The notes beneath the pieces are model-generated. The model searched no databases, had not been told where the DNA came from, and saw only the letters and a program-made list of their open reading frames with translations. Below, piece by piece: positions 54,645 through 64,000 of a stretch of DNA of 64,000 bases. This DNA is from Silicimonas sp. (GTDB lineage Bacteria > Pseudomonadota > Alphaproteobacteria > Rhodobacterales > Rhodobacteraceae), in the NCBI GenBank assembly GCA_022340315.1, contig JAJDOD010000073.1, positions 8,946-72,945 of the forward strand, given 5' to 3'. The number at the start of each line of letters is the position of its first letter. Positions within the stretch are counted from its first letter, which is position 1. The position numbers were made by a program, and so were the translations under genes.

Positions 54645-55868
54645 TTGGATTATTCCGCCCACCTGGACCAGGCGATTGCACGGCTTCACGAAGAAGGCCG
54701 CTATCGCACCTTTATCGACATTGTACGCAAGCAGGGCCGTTTCCCGCATGCGACCTGGTCGCATCCCGACGGAAGCGAACGGCCGGTCACGGTCTGGTGC
54801 GGCAACGATTATCTTGGCATGGGGCAGCATCCAAAGGTTCTGGCCGCCATGCACGAGGCCGTCGATGCGACCGGTGCAGGCTCGGGCGGGACACGCAACA
54901 TCAGCGGAACAACCTTATATCACAAGGCATTGGAAGCCGAACTGGCCGACCTTCACGGCAAGGATGCCGCCCTATTGTTTACCTCGGCTTATATCGCAAA
55001 CGATGCAACTCTTTCGACACTGCCCAAGCTTTTTCCCGGCCTCATCATCTATTCCGACGAACTGAACCACGCCTCTATGATCGAAGGCATCCGACGCAAC
55101 GGCGGCGCCAAGCGTATCTTCCGGCACAATGACGTGGCGCATCTGCGCGCGCTGATTGCGGCCGACGATCCGGCGGCACCGAAGCTGATCGCCTTCGAAT
55201 CGATTTATTCCATGGACGGCGATTTCGGCCCGATGAAAGAGATCTGCGACCTGGCCGATGAATTTGGCGCGCTGACCTATCTCGACGAGGTGCATGCTGT
55301 CGGAATGTATGGACCCCGCGGCGGCGGTGTCTCGGAGCGCGATCGGCTGGCGCATCGAATCGACATCATCAACGGCACGTTGGCCAAGGCCTTCGGCGTG
55401 ATGGGCGGCTATATCGCGGCGACTGAAAAAATGTGCGACGCGATCAGATCTTACGCGCCCGGCTTCATCTTCACGACGTCGTTGCCGCCGGCAGTTGCCG
55501 CGGGCGCGGTGACTTCGGTGAAAGTCCTCAAGACCGACCAGGCAAGGCGCGAGCAGCATCAGACCGCGGCGCGTATCCTGAAGACCCGTTTCAAGGCATT
55601 GGGGCTGCCGCTGATAGATCACGGAAGCCACATTGTGCCAGTCATCGTTGGCGATCCGAAGCATACCAAGCTGCTTTCGGACATGCTGCTCGAAGATAAC
55701 GGCATCTATGTACAGCCCATCAACTATCCCACTGTCCCGCGCGGAACAGAGCGACTGCGGTTTACTCCGTCACCACTGCACGGGCCGAAGGAAATGGATG
55801 CGCTCGTCCGCGCGATGGACGCACTTTGGTCGCATTGTGCACTCAATCGCGCCGATCTTTCCGCATAA
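54645..55868 (+). CDS. hemA: 5-aminolevulinate synthase
   Basis: [26 protein letters not shown] ... [14 protein letters not shown] ... [13 protein letters not shown] ... [10 protein letters not shown] ... PLP-Lys context [11 protein letters not shown] start at 54645 preceded by GAGGAAGA. Confidence 0.95.
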   Translation: MDYSAHLDQAIARLHEEGRYRTFIDIVRKQGRFPHATWSHPDGSERPVTVWCGNDYLGMGQHPKVLAAMHEAVDATGAGSGGTRNISGTTLYHKALEAELADLHGKDAALLFTSAYIANDATLSTLPKLFPGLIIYSDELNHASMIEGIRRNGGAKRIFRHNDVAHLRALIAADDPAAPKLIAFESIYSMDGDFGPMKEICDLADEFGALTYLDEVHAVGMYGPRGGGVSERDRLAHRIDIINGTLAKAFGVMGGYIAATEKMCDAIRSYAPGFIFTTSLPPAVAAGAVTSVKVLKTDQARREQHQTAARILKTRFKALGLPLIDHGSHIVPVIVGDPKHTKLLSDMLLEDNGIYVQPINYPTVPRGTERLRFTPSPLHGPKEMDALVRAMDALWSHCALNRADLSA

Positions 55869-55980
55869 ACCCAAATCGTGACCGCAGGTTAGCGGTGTGT
55901 TAAACGTTAACCGAGTAGGCTCGGAGCCGATTCTGGGGCGCCGACCGGGGGAACAACATGTTTGCCAAGGGGCAGGACAA

Positions 55981-57264
55981 ATGAGTGGCCGTCCTGAACA
56001 GACGGAACATGACGAGGACCGCCGAAACCTGAGGGGTTTCGACGACTTCGATTTGACGCTTGGCGACATCATGCGTGGCGAACGCGCGACGATGGGCAAG
56101 TCCCTGCTCGACGTGCAGCGCGAGTTGAAAATCAAGGCCACTTACATCTCCGCCATCGAGAATACCGATCCCGCGGCGTTCGACACGCCCGGGTTCGTTG
56201 CCGGTTACGTGCGCTCCTATGCCCGTTACCTCGGCCTTGACCCCGAATGGGCCTTCAAGACGTTCTGCGACGAGGGCAACTTCGAGGTCGCGCACGGGAT
56301 GTCGCCACAGGCGCGGGTACGTTCCGATCGGACCCCCGGCGTCAAGAAATCCGCGACCAGCAGCCAAAAGCCGGCGCATCTGCGCGACCCGTTCACCGAA
56401 CCTTCAGTGAGCTACCTTCCCAAGGGCGAAGCGGCGCTGTCGCGGCTTGAACCACGGGCACTGGCTTCTGTCGTTGTTCTTCTGGCCCTGCTGGCCGGCA
56501 TTGGATACGGCGGCTGGGCTGTTTTGCAGGAGGTGCAGAAGGTCCGCCTGACACCGGTCGACCAGACACCCGAGGTTTTGGCCGAACTCGATCCACTGGC
56601 CGATGCGATCCGCCCGCCCGCACCGACCGACGACGCCGAGCTTGCCGATCTTGACCTTTCGGCCCCTGACCGGCTCGGGCGGCTTTCTCGCCCCGAAGCT
56701 CTCGATGTGCCGGTTCTGGTGGCCCGCGACGGTCCGATCGCTGCAATCGACCCCGACACTATTGGCGCACTGGCGCCCAGCCGCACGGAAAGTTTCATCG
56801 GCGCGCGCGCTCCGCGGCCTGACAACCTGCCCTTCTCGGTCCCTGGTCCCTCCGGTGGCGGGGAAACGCTTGCCGCTTCCGAACTCATCGGCCCACCGGC
56901 TCCCGCGGTTCAGGTGATTGCCGAGGCTGATCCGACCGTGACACTTTTTGCGGTCCGACCGTCCTGGGTTCGTGTCCGGGGCGCGGATGGCTCGGTGCTC
57001 TTCGAAAAGATCCTCGACGCGGGCGAACGCTTTGAAGTCCCGGTAACGGAAGAGCCGCCTTCACTGCGGGCTGGCAATGCAAATTCCCTCTATTTTGCGA
57101 TCGGCGATCAGACCTATGGTCCGGTCGGCAACGGGCCCGACGTGGTGAAGGGTGTGATACTGGCGGCAGAGCAGGTGCGTGAAGGCTATTCCATCGCGCA
57201 TCCTGAAAAGGACAGTGATCTGGCCCGGTTCATTTCGGTGGCCGAGGCCTCGGCGGGCCAGTAA
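55981..57264 (+). CDS. rodZ: RodZ-like cytoskeleton protein (HTH + TM + DUF4115)
   Basis: HTH block LGDIMRGERATMGKSLLDVQRELKIKATYISAIEN, TM (LASVVVLLALLAGIGYGGWAV), and a C-terminal DUF4115-like domain (TLFAVRPSWVRVRGADGSVLFEKIL). Conserved position upstream of ispG. Confidence 0.8.
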   Translation: MSGRPEQTEHDEDRRNLRGFDDFDLTLGDIMRGERATMGKSLLDVQRELKIKATYISAIENTDPAAFDTPGFVAGYVRSYARYLGLDPEWAFKTFCDEGNFEVAHGMSPQARVRSDRTPGVKKSATSSQKPAHLRDPFTEPSVSYLPKGEAALSRLEPRALASVVVLLALLAGIGYGGWAVLQEVQKVRLTPVDQTPEVLAELDPLADAIRPPAPTDDAELADLDLSAPDRLGRLSRPEALDVPVLVARDGPIAAIDPDTIGALAPSRTESFIGARAPRPDNLPFSVPGPSGGGETLAASELIGPPAPAVQVIAEADPTVTLFAVRPSWVRVRGADGSVLFEKILDAGERFEVPVTEEPPSLRAGNANSLYFAIGDQTYGPVGNGPDVVKGVILAAEQVREGYSIAHPEKDSDLARFISVAEASAGQ

Positions 57265-57339
57265 GACGGCGACCCGATTGCCTGCGGCTTAGACGCCGCA
57301 TATGTTTCCCTCAAATGGCCCGAGGCGAGAAGCTCTGCG

Positions 57340-58461
57340 ATGTCGATCAATCACGTGCGACCCTGGCGCAATATCTACCGGCGAAAGTCCCGACAAATCA
57401 TGGTCGGCAGCGTTCCAGTCGGGGGCGATGCGCCCATCACCGTGCAAACGATGACCAACACGGTCACCACCGACATCCCCGGCACCATCGCGCAAGTTCA
57501 GGCCGCCGCAGAAGCGGGCGCGGATATCGTGCGCATCAGCGTACCCGACAAGGACAGCTCGGCGGCGTTGAAAGAGATCGTACGCGAGAGCCCTGTGCCG
57601 ATCGTCGCGGACATTCATTTCCACTATCAACGCGGGATCGAAGCTGCGGAAGCGGGCGCGGCCTGCCTGCGGATCAATCCCGGCAATATCGGTGACGAAA
57701 GACGCGTGCGCGAGGTCATCAAGGCCGCGCGCGACAACGGCTGCTCGATGCGGATCGGGGTGAACGCGGGATCGCTTGAGAAGCACCTTCTGGAAAAGTA
57801 TGGTGAACCCTGCCCCGAAGCGATGGTCGAGTCCGGCCTCGATCACATCAAGCTTTTGGAGGACAACGATTTTCACGAGTTCAAGATCTCGTGCAAGGCA
57901 TCGGATGTCTTCCTCGCCGCCGCGGCTTATCAGGCGCTGGCGGACGCCACGGACGCGCCCATTCACCTCGGCATCACCGAGGCGGGTGGGCTTGTCTCCG
58001 GCACCATCAAGAGCGCCATCGGCCTCGGCAACCTGCTCTGGATGGGGATAGGTGACACGATCCGGGTCAGTCTTTCCGCCGATCCGGTGGAAGAGGTCAA
58101 GGTCGGCTACGAGATCCTGAAATCCCTCGGCCTGCGCCACAGGGGCGTAAATATCATCTCGTGCCCTTCCTGTGCGCGCCAGGGCTTCGATGTCATCAAG
58201 ACGGTCGAAGCGCTGGAAAAGCGGCTCGAGCACATCAAGACGCCGATGAGCCTCAGCATCATCGGTTGCGTCGTGAACGGCCCCGGCGAGGCATTGATGA
58301 CCGATGTGGGCTTTACCGGCGGCGGCGCCGGGTCCGGCATGGTCTATCTTGCCGGCAAGCAAAGCCACAAGATGTCCAATGACCAGATGATCGACCACAT
58401 CGTGGAGGAGGTCGAGAAAAAGGCGGCCGAGATTGATTCCGCGCAAGAGGCCGCCGAATAA
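57340..58461 (+). CDS. ispG: 4-hydroxy-3-methylbut-2-en-1-yl diphosphate synthase
   Basis: [28 protein letters not shown] ... DIVRISVP ... VADIHF ... RINPGNIG ... CPSCARQ ... [12 protein letters not shown]. Confidence 0.96.
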   Translation: MSINHVRPWRNIYRRKSRQIMVGSVPVGGDAPITVQTMTNTVTTDIPGTIAQVQAAAEAGADIVRISVPDKDSSAALKEIVRESPVPIVADIHFHYQRGIEAAEAGAACLRINPGNIGDERRVREVIKAARDNGCSMRIGVNAGSLEKHLLEKYGEPCPEAMVESGLDHIKLLEDNDFHEFKISCKASDVFLAAAAYQALADATDAPIHLGITEAGGLVSGTIKSAIGLGNLLWMGIGDTIRVSLSADPVEEVKVGYEILKSLGLRHRGVNIISCPSCARQGFDVIKTVEALEKRLEHIKTPMSLSIIGCVVNGPGEALMTDVGFTGGGAGSGMVYLAGKQSHKMSNDQMIDHIVEEVEKKAAEIDSAQEAAE

Positions 58462-58565
58462 CTCGCCCCGTATGCGCCATTGTGGAAATGCGGAGCCTAT
58501 GCGATAAATAGGACTCATGACGAAAGGCGGGATGGATGGAGCCATTCGTCGTGGGAGGGAACAGA

Positions 58566-59390
58566 ATGTCCGACCAGCCCGATCCGGCATTGGTCCTCGA
58601 CGCCGCGCATTATTCGGAAATGCAGGCCCGTCTGCGGCAATTGAAGTCCCGCCTGCCTGAAACGTCCGTCAAGCTGCTCGCTCTCGAGGTCATACACCGA
58701 CTGGCCGACGATCTTGGCCCAGACACCATCCAGATGCCACGGAGCGACCGGATCGAGGCGCTTTGCCATGCGCTTCTATCGGAAGACGACGAGGCCGGCG
58801 CGCGCTTCATTCACGACGTGCAGACGCAAGGGGCAACATTTGAGTCCATCTACCTGAACTATCTTGCGGCCGCGGCCCGAATGCTGGGCACCTGGTGGGA
58901 AGAGGATGGCGTTTCCTTCGTGCAGGTAACCGTTGCCACAAGCCGCATGTACGCGCTGATGCGTGCGCTTCGCCGCGAGATGCCGATGAAGAGCGTCGCG
59001 CCGAACAAATCGGCTGTATTCGCGTCCGTGCCGGGTGAAGCACATATTCTCGGCGTGCGCATGGCCGCTGATCTTTTCCAGCGGGACGGCTGGGACATCG
59101 ACCTGAAAATCGGCAAGTCGCATGACGAACTGGTCGCCGAGACGGCAGGCGCACTTATCATCGTGATCGGGCTATCGCCCAGTGATGACCGGGCGCTGGA
59201 CGCATTGTCACGGCTGGTCATCGCGATGCGGATCAACGCCCCCCAGGCATCGATCTTCATCAGCGGCACCGCAGTAACCAACCACCGCGAGTTGATCGAG
59301 TTGATGGATGTCGACGGCATGGCCGACGACTTGCAGGCTGCAAAGGACATGCTGGACGCCTTTGTGGCGCGAAACTGGCCCGAGGTTTAG
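58566..59390 (+). CDS. cobalamin (B12)-binding domain protein with no attached output domain
   Basis: Helical B12-binding_2-like region (IYLNYLAAAARMLGTWWEEDGVSFVQVTVATSRMYALM) followed by a Rossmann B12-binding region with ExHxxG (VPGEAHILGVRMAADLFQRDGWDI) and VIGLSPS. No HTH or enzyme domain recognised. Confidence 0.7.
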   Translation: MSDQPDPALVLDAAHYSEMQARLRQLKSRLPETSVKLLALEVIHRLADDLGPDTIQMPRSDRIEALCHALLSEDDEAGARFIHDVQTQGATFESIYLNYLAAAARMLGTWWEEDGVSFVQVTVATSRMYALMRALRREMPMKSVAPNKSAVFASVPGEAHILGVRMAADLFQRDGWDIDLKIGKSHDELVAETAGALIIVIGLSPSDDRALDALSRLVIAMRINAPQASIFISGTAVTNHRELIELMDVDGMADDLQAAKDMLDAFVARNWPEV

Positions 59391-59397
59391 GGGTCCG

Positions 59398-60153
59398 TCA
59401 GCCCTGCTGGGCGCGGATGTTGCGCACGATCTCGCGCATCTGATCCAGTTCCACGAAACCCCGCACGAAATTCTCGCCCATAACAAAACTCGGCGTCCCC
59501 TGGATCCGAAGCGCCTGGCCAAGCGCCCGGTTGCTGGCGATGACCCTGCTCACGTCCTCACTGTTCATTCCGGCCAGCACTGCCTCATGATCGGCAACGC
59601 CGGTTTCGCTTGCGATGCGGCCAAGCGCGCCTTCCGTGATCGCGCCATTCCACTCCATCAGCGCGTCATGAACAGCGCCATAGATCTCGTCGCCTTCCAG
59701 GCGCTTGAGTGAAATCGCATAGCGTGAGGCCAGCTCGCTCTCCGGGCCGAGGATGGGAAACTCCTTGACGACAAAGCGTATACCGCCGTCGCTGGACAGA
59801 AGCGTATTGACCGCCGGATGGGCGCGTTTGCAGAAGCCGCAGCGGTAGTCGAGAAATTCCACGATGGTTACGTCACCATCGGGATTGCCACCCACCCAGC
59901 TGTAGCCGTCGTCGAATATCTCGGCGCGGTACTGATCCAAAAGCATATCTTCTTCAGCGGCTGCGGCTTCGGCCTGACGCGCCTCCAGGACGGCTATTGC
60001 CTCCATGAGAACCTCTGGGTTTTCAACAAGATAGCTACGGATCTCGGCGCGAAAGGCATCGCGCTCGACATCCGACATTGCCTCGATGTCGAAGGCGAAA
60101 GCCCAAGTTGCGGATACGGCAAAAAGACATGCACCCAAAAGACAGCGGAACAT
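59398..60153 (-). CDS. DsbA-family thiol:disulfide oxidoreductase (periplasmic)
   Basis: Signal peptide MFRCLLGACLFAVSATWAFA and thioredoxin-fold active site EFLDYRCGFCKR. Confidence 0.85.
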   Translation of the reverse strand: MFRCLLGACLFAVSATWAFAFDIEAMSDVERDAFRAEIRSYLVENPEVLMEAIAVLEARQAEAAAAEEDMLLDQYRAEIFDDGYSWVGGNPDGDVTIVEFLDYRCGFCKRAHPAVNTLLSSDGGIRFVVKEFPILGPESELASRYAISLKRLEGDEIYGAVHDALMEWNGAITEGALGRIASETGVADHEAVLAGMNSEDVSRVIASNRALGQALRIQGTPSFVMGENFVRGFVELDQMREIVRNIRAQQG

Positions 60154-60286
60154 TGAAACTCCTCCGGAAAGACGGGAAGAAAATGGCAGATCGCCAGCCA
60201 AACGCAAGCGCATCACGGGAACGTGTGCATTGACCTATCGACCTGCCACGGGCAGGGAGACCACAACAGCTATCAGGACCTGACCC

Positions 60287-61435
60287 ATGCGCCTTTCCCG
60301 CAGATCCAAGGTGGACCCGTTCATTGTCATGGACGTAATGCAGGCCGCAGCGCGGGCCGAGGCTGAGGGCCGTCACATTATTCATATGGAGGTTGGTCAG
60401 CCCGGAACGGCTGCGCCCCGTGGCGCGCGCCGGGCGCTTGCCAAGGCGATGGAAGCCGGATCGCTGGGTTATACGGTGGCGCTTGGCATGCCCGAGTTGC
60501 GCCAACGGATCGCGCTGTGGTACGCCGAGCGGCATGGGATCGACATACCCATCGAACGTATCATCGTCACCAGCGGCTCTTCCGCCGGCTTCCTGCTTGC
60601 TTTCACCGCCCTCTTCGACGCCGGCGATCGGGTCGCGCTCGGAGCGCCGGGCTACCCGTCCTATCGCCAAATCCTGACGGCACTCAGCCTGACACCTGTC
60701 GACATAGAAACCAGCGCCGAGGACCGCTTTCAGCCGGCACCTCATGCATTGCCTGACGGAATACAGGGATTGATCGTCGCCTCCCCCGCCAATCCTTCGG
60801 GTACCATGCTCAACCGGCCCGCACTCGGCGCATTGATCGAGGCGGCAAGTTCGCGGGGCGCGGCCTTTGTCTCGGATGAGATTTATCACGGGTTGGAGTA
60901 CGACAGGCCGGCCGTCAGCGCGCTGGAGATTACCGACGAGGTCTATGTGATCAACTCGTTCTCCAAGTACCACTCGATGACCGGCTGGCGCGTCGGATGG
61001 ATGGTGGTTCCCCAATCCCATGCCCGCACCATCGAACGGCTGGCCCAGAACATGTTCATCTGCGCCCCGCACGCCAGCCAGATCGCGGCGCTTGCAGCAA
61101 TGGACTGCACCGAAGAACTCGAAGCGAATGTCGAGGTCTATCGCAGGAACCGGACGCTGATGCTGAACGGTCTGGCCGAGGCCGGCTTTCGGAAAATCGC
61201 GCCGCCCGACGGCGCCTTCTACATCTATGCCGATGTATCGGAGTTCACGGATGACAGCGGCGCTTTCGCGGCCAAACTCCTCGACAAGGCAGGGGTCGCC
61301 GTGACGCCGGGGCTCGACTTCGACAAGGCGCGCGGCATGCGAACACTTCGATTTTCCTATGCGCGTGCCACCGCAGACATAGAAGAAGGCCTGGCGCGTC
61401 TGAAAGAATTCATGAGATCAAACGAGGGCGTTTGA
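60287..61435 (+). CDS. pyridoxal-phosphate-dependent aminotransferase, class I/II
   Basis: ASPANPSG, DEIYHGLEY, PLP-lysine context NSFSKYHSMTGWRVGW, and RFSY near the C-terminus. Confidence 0.88.
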   Translation: MRLSRRSKVDPFIVMDVMQAAARAEAEGRHIIHMEVGQPGTAAPRGARRALAKAMEAGSLGYTVALGMPELRQRIALWYAERHGIDIPIERIIVTSGSSAGFLLAFTALFDAGDRVALGAPGYPSYRQILTALSLTPVDIETSAEDRFQPAPHALPDGIQGLIVASPANPSGTMLNRPALGALIEAASSRGAAFVSDEIYHGLEYDRPAVSALEITDEVYVINSFSKYHSMTGWRVGWMVVPQSHARTIERLAQNMFICAPHASQIAALAAMDCTEELEANVEVYRRNRTLMLNGLAEAGFRKIAPPDGAFYIYADVSEFTDDSGAFAAKLLDKAGVAVTPGLDFDKARGMRTLRFSYARATADIEEGLARLKEFMRSNEGV

Positions 61436-61500
61436 CCGATGCACTGTAGCGGCGTTGCGCCTGATGACGTAAAGTGAGCGTGCAAGGGGTTGCGAAATAG

Positions 61501-62652
61501 ATGTCTCGTCTAGTCCTGGGAATTTGCGCGGCAGTCGCATCGCTCGTCGCTGGTGCTGTTCTTGCCGACGCCACGCCACCGGCGCGAGTTCTGGATAAGG
61601 GCGCGCGCATCACGGAGACCGGAGGCGAGGTCGTCATTTCGATCGATTTGTCGCGTGCTGTCGGCTGGCGGCTCTGGACGGTCGACGGGCCACCGCGCGT
61701 GGTTCTGGAGTTGTCGGACTTTGCCTGGGACCGGGAGCCCGAGCTTGCTTCGACGTCAATCGCCTCTCTCGATATCCTTTCGACCGGTCCTTTGAAAAGC
61801 GAGATGCACGCCTTTCTTCGTGAGCCGCTTGACATCTACCGCGCCGAGATGTCGGCGCGCGAGGACGGCAGCGCAATCCTCGAGATCAGGCTGAGGCCGA
61901 CGACGGCAGAGGCGTTTCGGAGCGAACTCCCGGTCACTCCGGACAAGGCGGGCGAGGCCCCGAAGCATCTCGTCGTTGCCATCGATTCCGGCCACGGCGG
62001 AATCGACCCGGGGGCGCAAAGCGGTGATTTGCGCGAGGCGGACCTGGTACTGGATTTTGCCTTTCGCCTGCGCGACGTCCTGCTCGCCAGCGGTGCATTC
62101 GACGTGGTCCTGACACGAAGCGACGACACCCTGGTATCGCTTGACGAGCGGCTTTCTCGCGCACGCGCTGCAGGCGCAGAGGTGCTGCTCTCGCTCCATG
62201 CCGACGCTCTGGAGGGATCTGACAGCGCATCGGGCATCGTGGTCTACAGTCTCGCTGGTGACGCGGCAGGCGAAGCGAACGAACGCCTGCTCGAGCGCCA
62301 CGGTCCTGAGGACCGGCTGAGCGGCGTCGACCTGACCGATGCGGGCGACGACGTCTCGCTCGCCTTGATCGACATGGCCCGGCGCGATGTCATCCCGCGC
62401 AACGCCGCCCTGTCGACGGCGCTTTTGAACACTTTTCGCAGTGGCGAACTGACCTTGAACACACGACCGGAACGTGCGGGCGACTTCGCAATCCTGAAGG
62501 CGGCAGACATCCCATCGGTGTTGATCGAACTCGGTTTCCTCTCAACTGAGGACGACCTGAAAAGGTTGACTTCCGAGGACTGGAAAGGTGCGGCGGCACT
62601 TGCTATCCGCGACGGACTTAGACTGTGGGCCGACGAAGACCGCATGAAATAG
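61501..62652 (+). CDS. N-acetylmuramoyl-L-alanine amidase (AMIN-like N-domain + Amidase_3)
   Basis: Signal peptide followed by VVAIDSGHGGIDPGA ... EADLVLDFA ... LLSLHADAL ... FAILKAADIPSVLIELGFLS. Confidence 0.88.
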   Translation: MSRLVLGICAAVASLVAGAVLADATPPARVLDKGARITETGGEVVISIDLSRAVGWRLWTVDGPPRVVLELSDFAWDREPELASTSIASLDILSTGPLKSEMHAFLREPLDIYRAEMSAREDGSAILEIRLRPTTAEAFRSELPVTPDKAGEAPKHLVVAIDSGHGGIDPGAQSGDLREADLVLDFAFRLRDVLLASGAFDVVLTRSDDTLVSLDERLSRARAAGAEVLLSLHADALEGSDSASGIVVYSLAGDAAGEANERLLERHGPEDRLSGVDLTDAGDDVSLALIDMARRDVIPRNAALSTALLNTFRSGELTLNTRPERAGDFAILKAADIPSVLIELGFLSTEDDLKRLTSEDWKGAAALAIRDGLRLWADEDRMK

Positions 62653-62753
62653 GTGAAGATTGGCTGGCCGGTTCCCGCCCGCAACCCATCAACCTCTTTT
62701 GACCGGCGCCACGGATCGCCATATAACGAAGCGAAGCAAACGCGAGCAGACCA

Positions 62754-64000
62754 GTGACCCGGTTCATCTTCTCCTTTCTCGGCGGAATTTTCACGCTGCT
62801 GACGCTCGGCCTGGTCATGTCCGCAATTGGCGTGGGTGCAATTTTCTATGTGTACGGCAGGGACTTGCCCGAGGTTGCCTATCTCGCCAACTACCAGCCA
62901 CCGACGGTGACGCGAATCTACTCGCCACAAGGCGAGATCATCGACGAATACGCCGGCGACGAGCGACGCATATACATCCCCTTCGAGGAGATACCCGAGG
63001 TCGTCAAGGACGCCTTCATCTCGGCTGAAGACAAGAACTTTTATGAACACGCCGGTTTCGACCTCCGCGCCATAGCCGCCGCGATTTACGAGGCGATCCA
63101 GACGCGGGGCGAGACCTTGCGCGGCGCGTCGACCATCCCGCAGCAGACCGCAAAGAACCTGATCGTCGGCGGTGAACGCGCGATCGAGCGGAAGATCAAG
63201 GAAGTCATCCTCGCCAACCAGATGGTGAACGAACTCGGCCGCGAGAAAATCCTCGAGATCTATCTCAACGAGATTTTCCTTGGCCAGAACGCCTATGGCG
63301 TCGCGGCTGCGGCACAGACCTACTTCAACAAGCAGCTCTCCGAGTTGACGATCGAGGAAGCGGCCTACCTTGCCGTGCTGCCCAAGGCGCCGTCCAACTA
63401 CCACCCGGTGCGCCAGGAAAAGCGCGCAGTCGAGCGGCGCAACTTCGTCCTGCGCGAGATGATGCAGAACGGCTATATTGACGCCGATGCATTCGAAGCC
63501 GCCCGCGTTGCTCCGCTTCTGACTGTACAGGCAGGGGACCGTGACGGCTTCAAGACTGCCCTCCCCGACCGCGACTATGCCAGTGACGAGATTGGTCGTC
63601 AGATTCGGAGCGAGTTCGGCGCCAACACTTTCGAGGCCGCCGGTCTGACGATCCGCTCGACGATCGACGCCGAGATGCAGGCGATCGCCGCCGAAGCGCT
63701 GCGCGAGGCACTGGAGGACTACGACCGCGCGCAGGGCGAATGGCGCGGTGCCGCGGCAACCATCGCGCCCGAGGAACTAAGCGGTGAGGTCGATGGCGAA
63801 CCGGCATGGCGCGCTGCGCTGGGGCGCACGCAGAAGCTGGCCCGCGACGTGAAGGACTGGTACCCTGCGGTGGTGCTGGAAGTCGGCGGTTCGTCGGCCC
63901 GCATCGGCGTCGAGGGCTGGCGCGATGGCACGGACGGGCACTGGATCACGCCCGACGATCTGAAATGGATACGCGGCGCGCGGGCTGCGAGCGACATCCT
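62754..64000 (+). CDS. mrcA: penicillin-binding protein 1A (class A PBP), N-terminal part; continues past the window end
   Basis: GTG 62754 is the first start after the in-frame TAA at 62724. TM (FLGGIFTLLTLGLVMSAIGVGAIF) followed by glycosyltransferase-51 motifs (FISAEDKNFYEHAGFD, GASTIPQQTAKN, RKIKEVILA, KILEIYLNEIFLG). Not in the ORF track because it is open at the window edge. Confidence 0.9.
   Translation, partial: MTRFIFSFLGGIFTLLTLGLVMSAIGVGAIFYVYGRDLPEVAYLANYQPPTVTRIYSPQGEIIDEYAGDERRIYIPFEEIPEVVKDAFISAEDKNFYEHAGFDLRAIAAAIYEAIQTRGETLRGASTIPQQTAKNLIVGGERAIERKIKEVILANQMVNELGREKILEIYLNEIFLGQNAYGVAAAAQTYFNKQLSELTIEEAAYLAVLPKAPSNYHPVRQEKRAVERRNFVLREMMQNGYIDADAFEAARVAPLLTVQAGDRDGFKTALPDRDYASDEIGRQIRSEFGANTFEAAGLTIRSTIDAEMQAIAAEALREALEDYDRAQGEWRGAAATIAPEELSGEVDGEPAWRAALGRTQKLARDVKDWYPAVVLEVGGSSARIGVEGWRDGTDGHWITPDDLKWIRGARAASDI

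Noticed and set aside
57289-58590. 433-aa minus-strand ORF antisense to ispG
   Set aside because: Same reasoning. The composition is typical of the antisense frame in GC-rich DNA, and ispG on the plus strand is unambiguous.
1-64000. Searched by eye for CRISPR repeats, IS elements or transposases, integrases, phage or GTA structural genes, reverse transcriptases and restriction-modification or other defence-type genes
   Set aside because: I recognised none. Every ORF above about 100 aa not explained as a shadow frame has a housekeeping or generic assignment, or is listed as hypothetical. A computational repeat search could still find short repeats I missed.

Overview
High-GC alphaproteobacterial chromosomal segment, most consistent with a Rhodobacteraceae genome. 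Supporting evidence: ccoN-fnrL-hemN synteny with perfect FNR boxes, a C4-pathway ALA synthase (hemA), a GTTC-N7-GTTC LexA box at uvrA, a Hint/BIL-domain protein, and the yceD-rpmF-plsX-fabH-ihfA-merR-tRNAPro block.

I can support about 60 protein genes, one tRNA-Pro(GGG), several regulatory sites and a few terminators. I saw no rRNA, CRISPR array, transposase, integrase or phage genes.

Gene order:
- ccoN (partial), fnrL, hemN, an ABC-F ATPase, a methyltransferase-like gene, a SemiSWEET, putR/putA
- two tiny ORFs, rpsI-rplM, a small membrane ORF, a speH-like gene plus an unknown partner, uup, an olsB-like gene, msrB, bamE
- yceD-rpmF-plsX-fabH-ihfA-merR, tRNA-Pro, a long-form dcd, a Hint-domain protein, a GNAT
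- scpB-scpA-nagZ-SPOR-argS, a secreted low-complexity protein, dgt, erpA, a STAS-like gene, xthA, a VOC gene, two unknown genes
- uvrA, lpdA, an orphan response regulator, DUF924, an MFS transporter, queA, a giant AsmA/YhdP-like protein, bcp, DUF455
- M23 peptidase-bactofilin, DUF2189, prfB, an MBL hydrolase, an M20 peptidase, hemA, rodZ, ispG, a B12-binding-domain protein, a DsbA-like gene, an aminotransferase, an amidase, PBP1A (partial)

The window is overwhelmingly housekeeping. I did not find a convincing new multi-gene system such as a defence island or secretion system. The items most worth a second look are:
- a small AdoMetDC-family gene translationally coupled to a conserved unknown protein, with no speE in the window
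- a stand-alone B12-binding-domain protein with no output domain
- a Hint/bacterial-intein-like protein
- FNR-box geometry that implies a leaderless hemN mRNA and fnrL autoregulation
- a low-GC micro-operon of two tiny ORFs
- an SD-sequestering hairpin

Many start codons were trimmed from the ORF track by homology reasoning and remain provisional. No database search or computation was possible.
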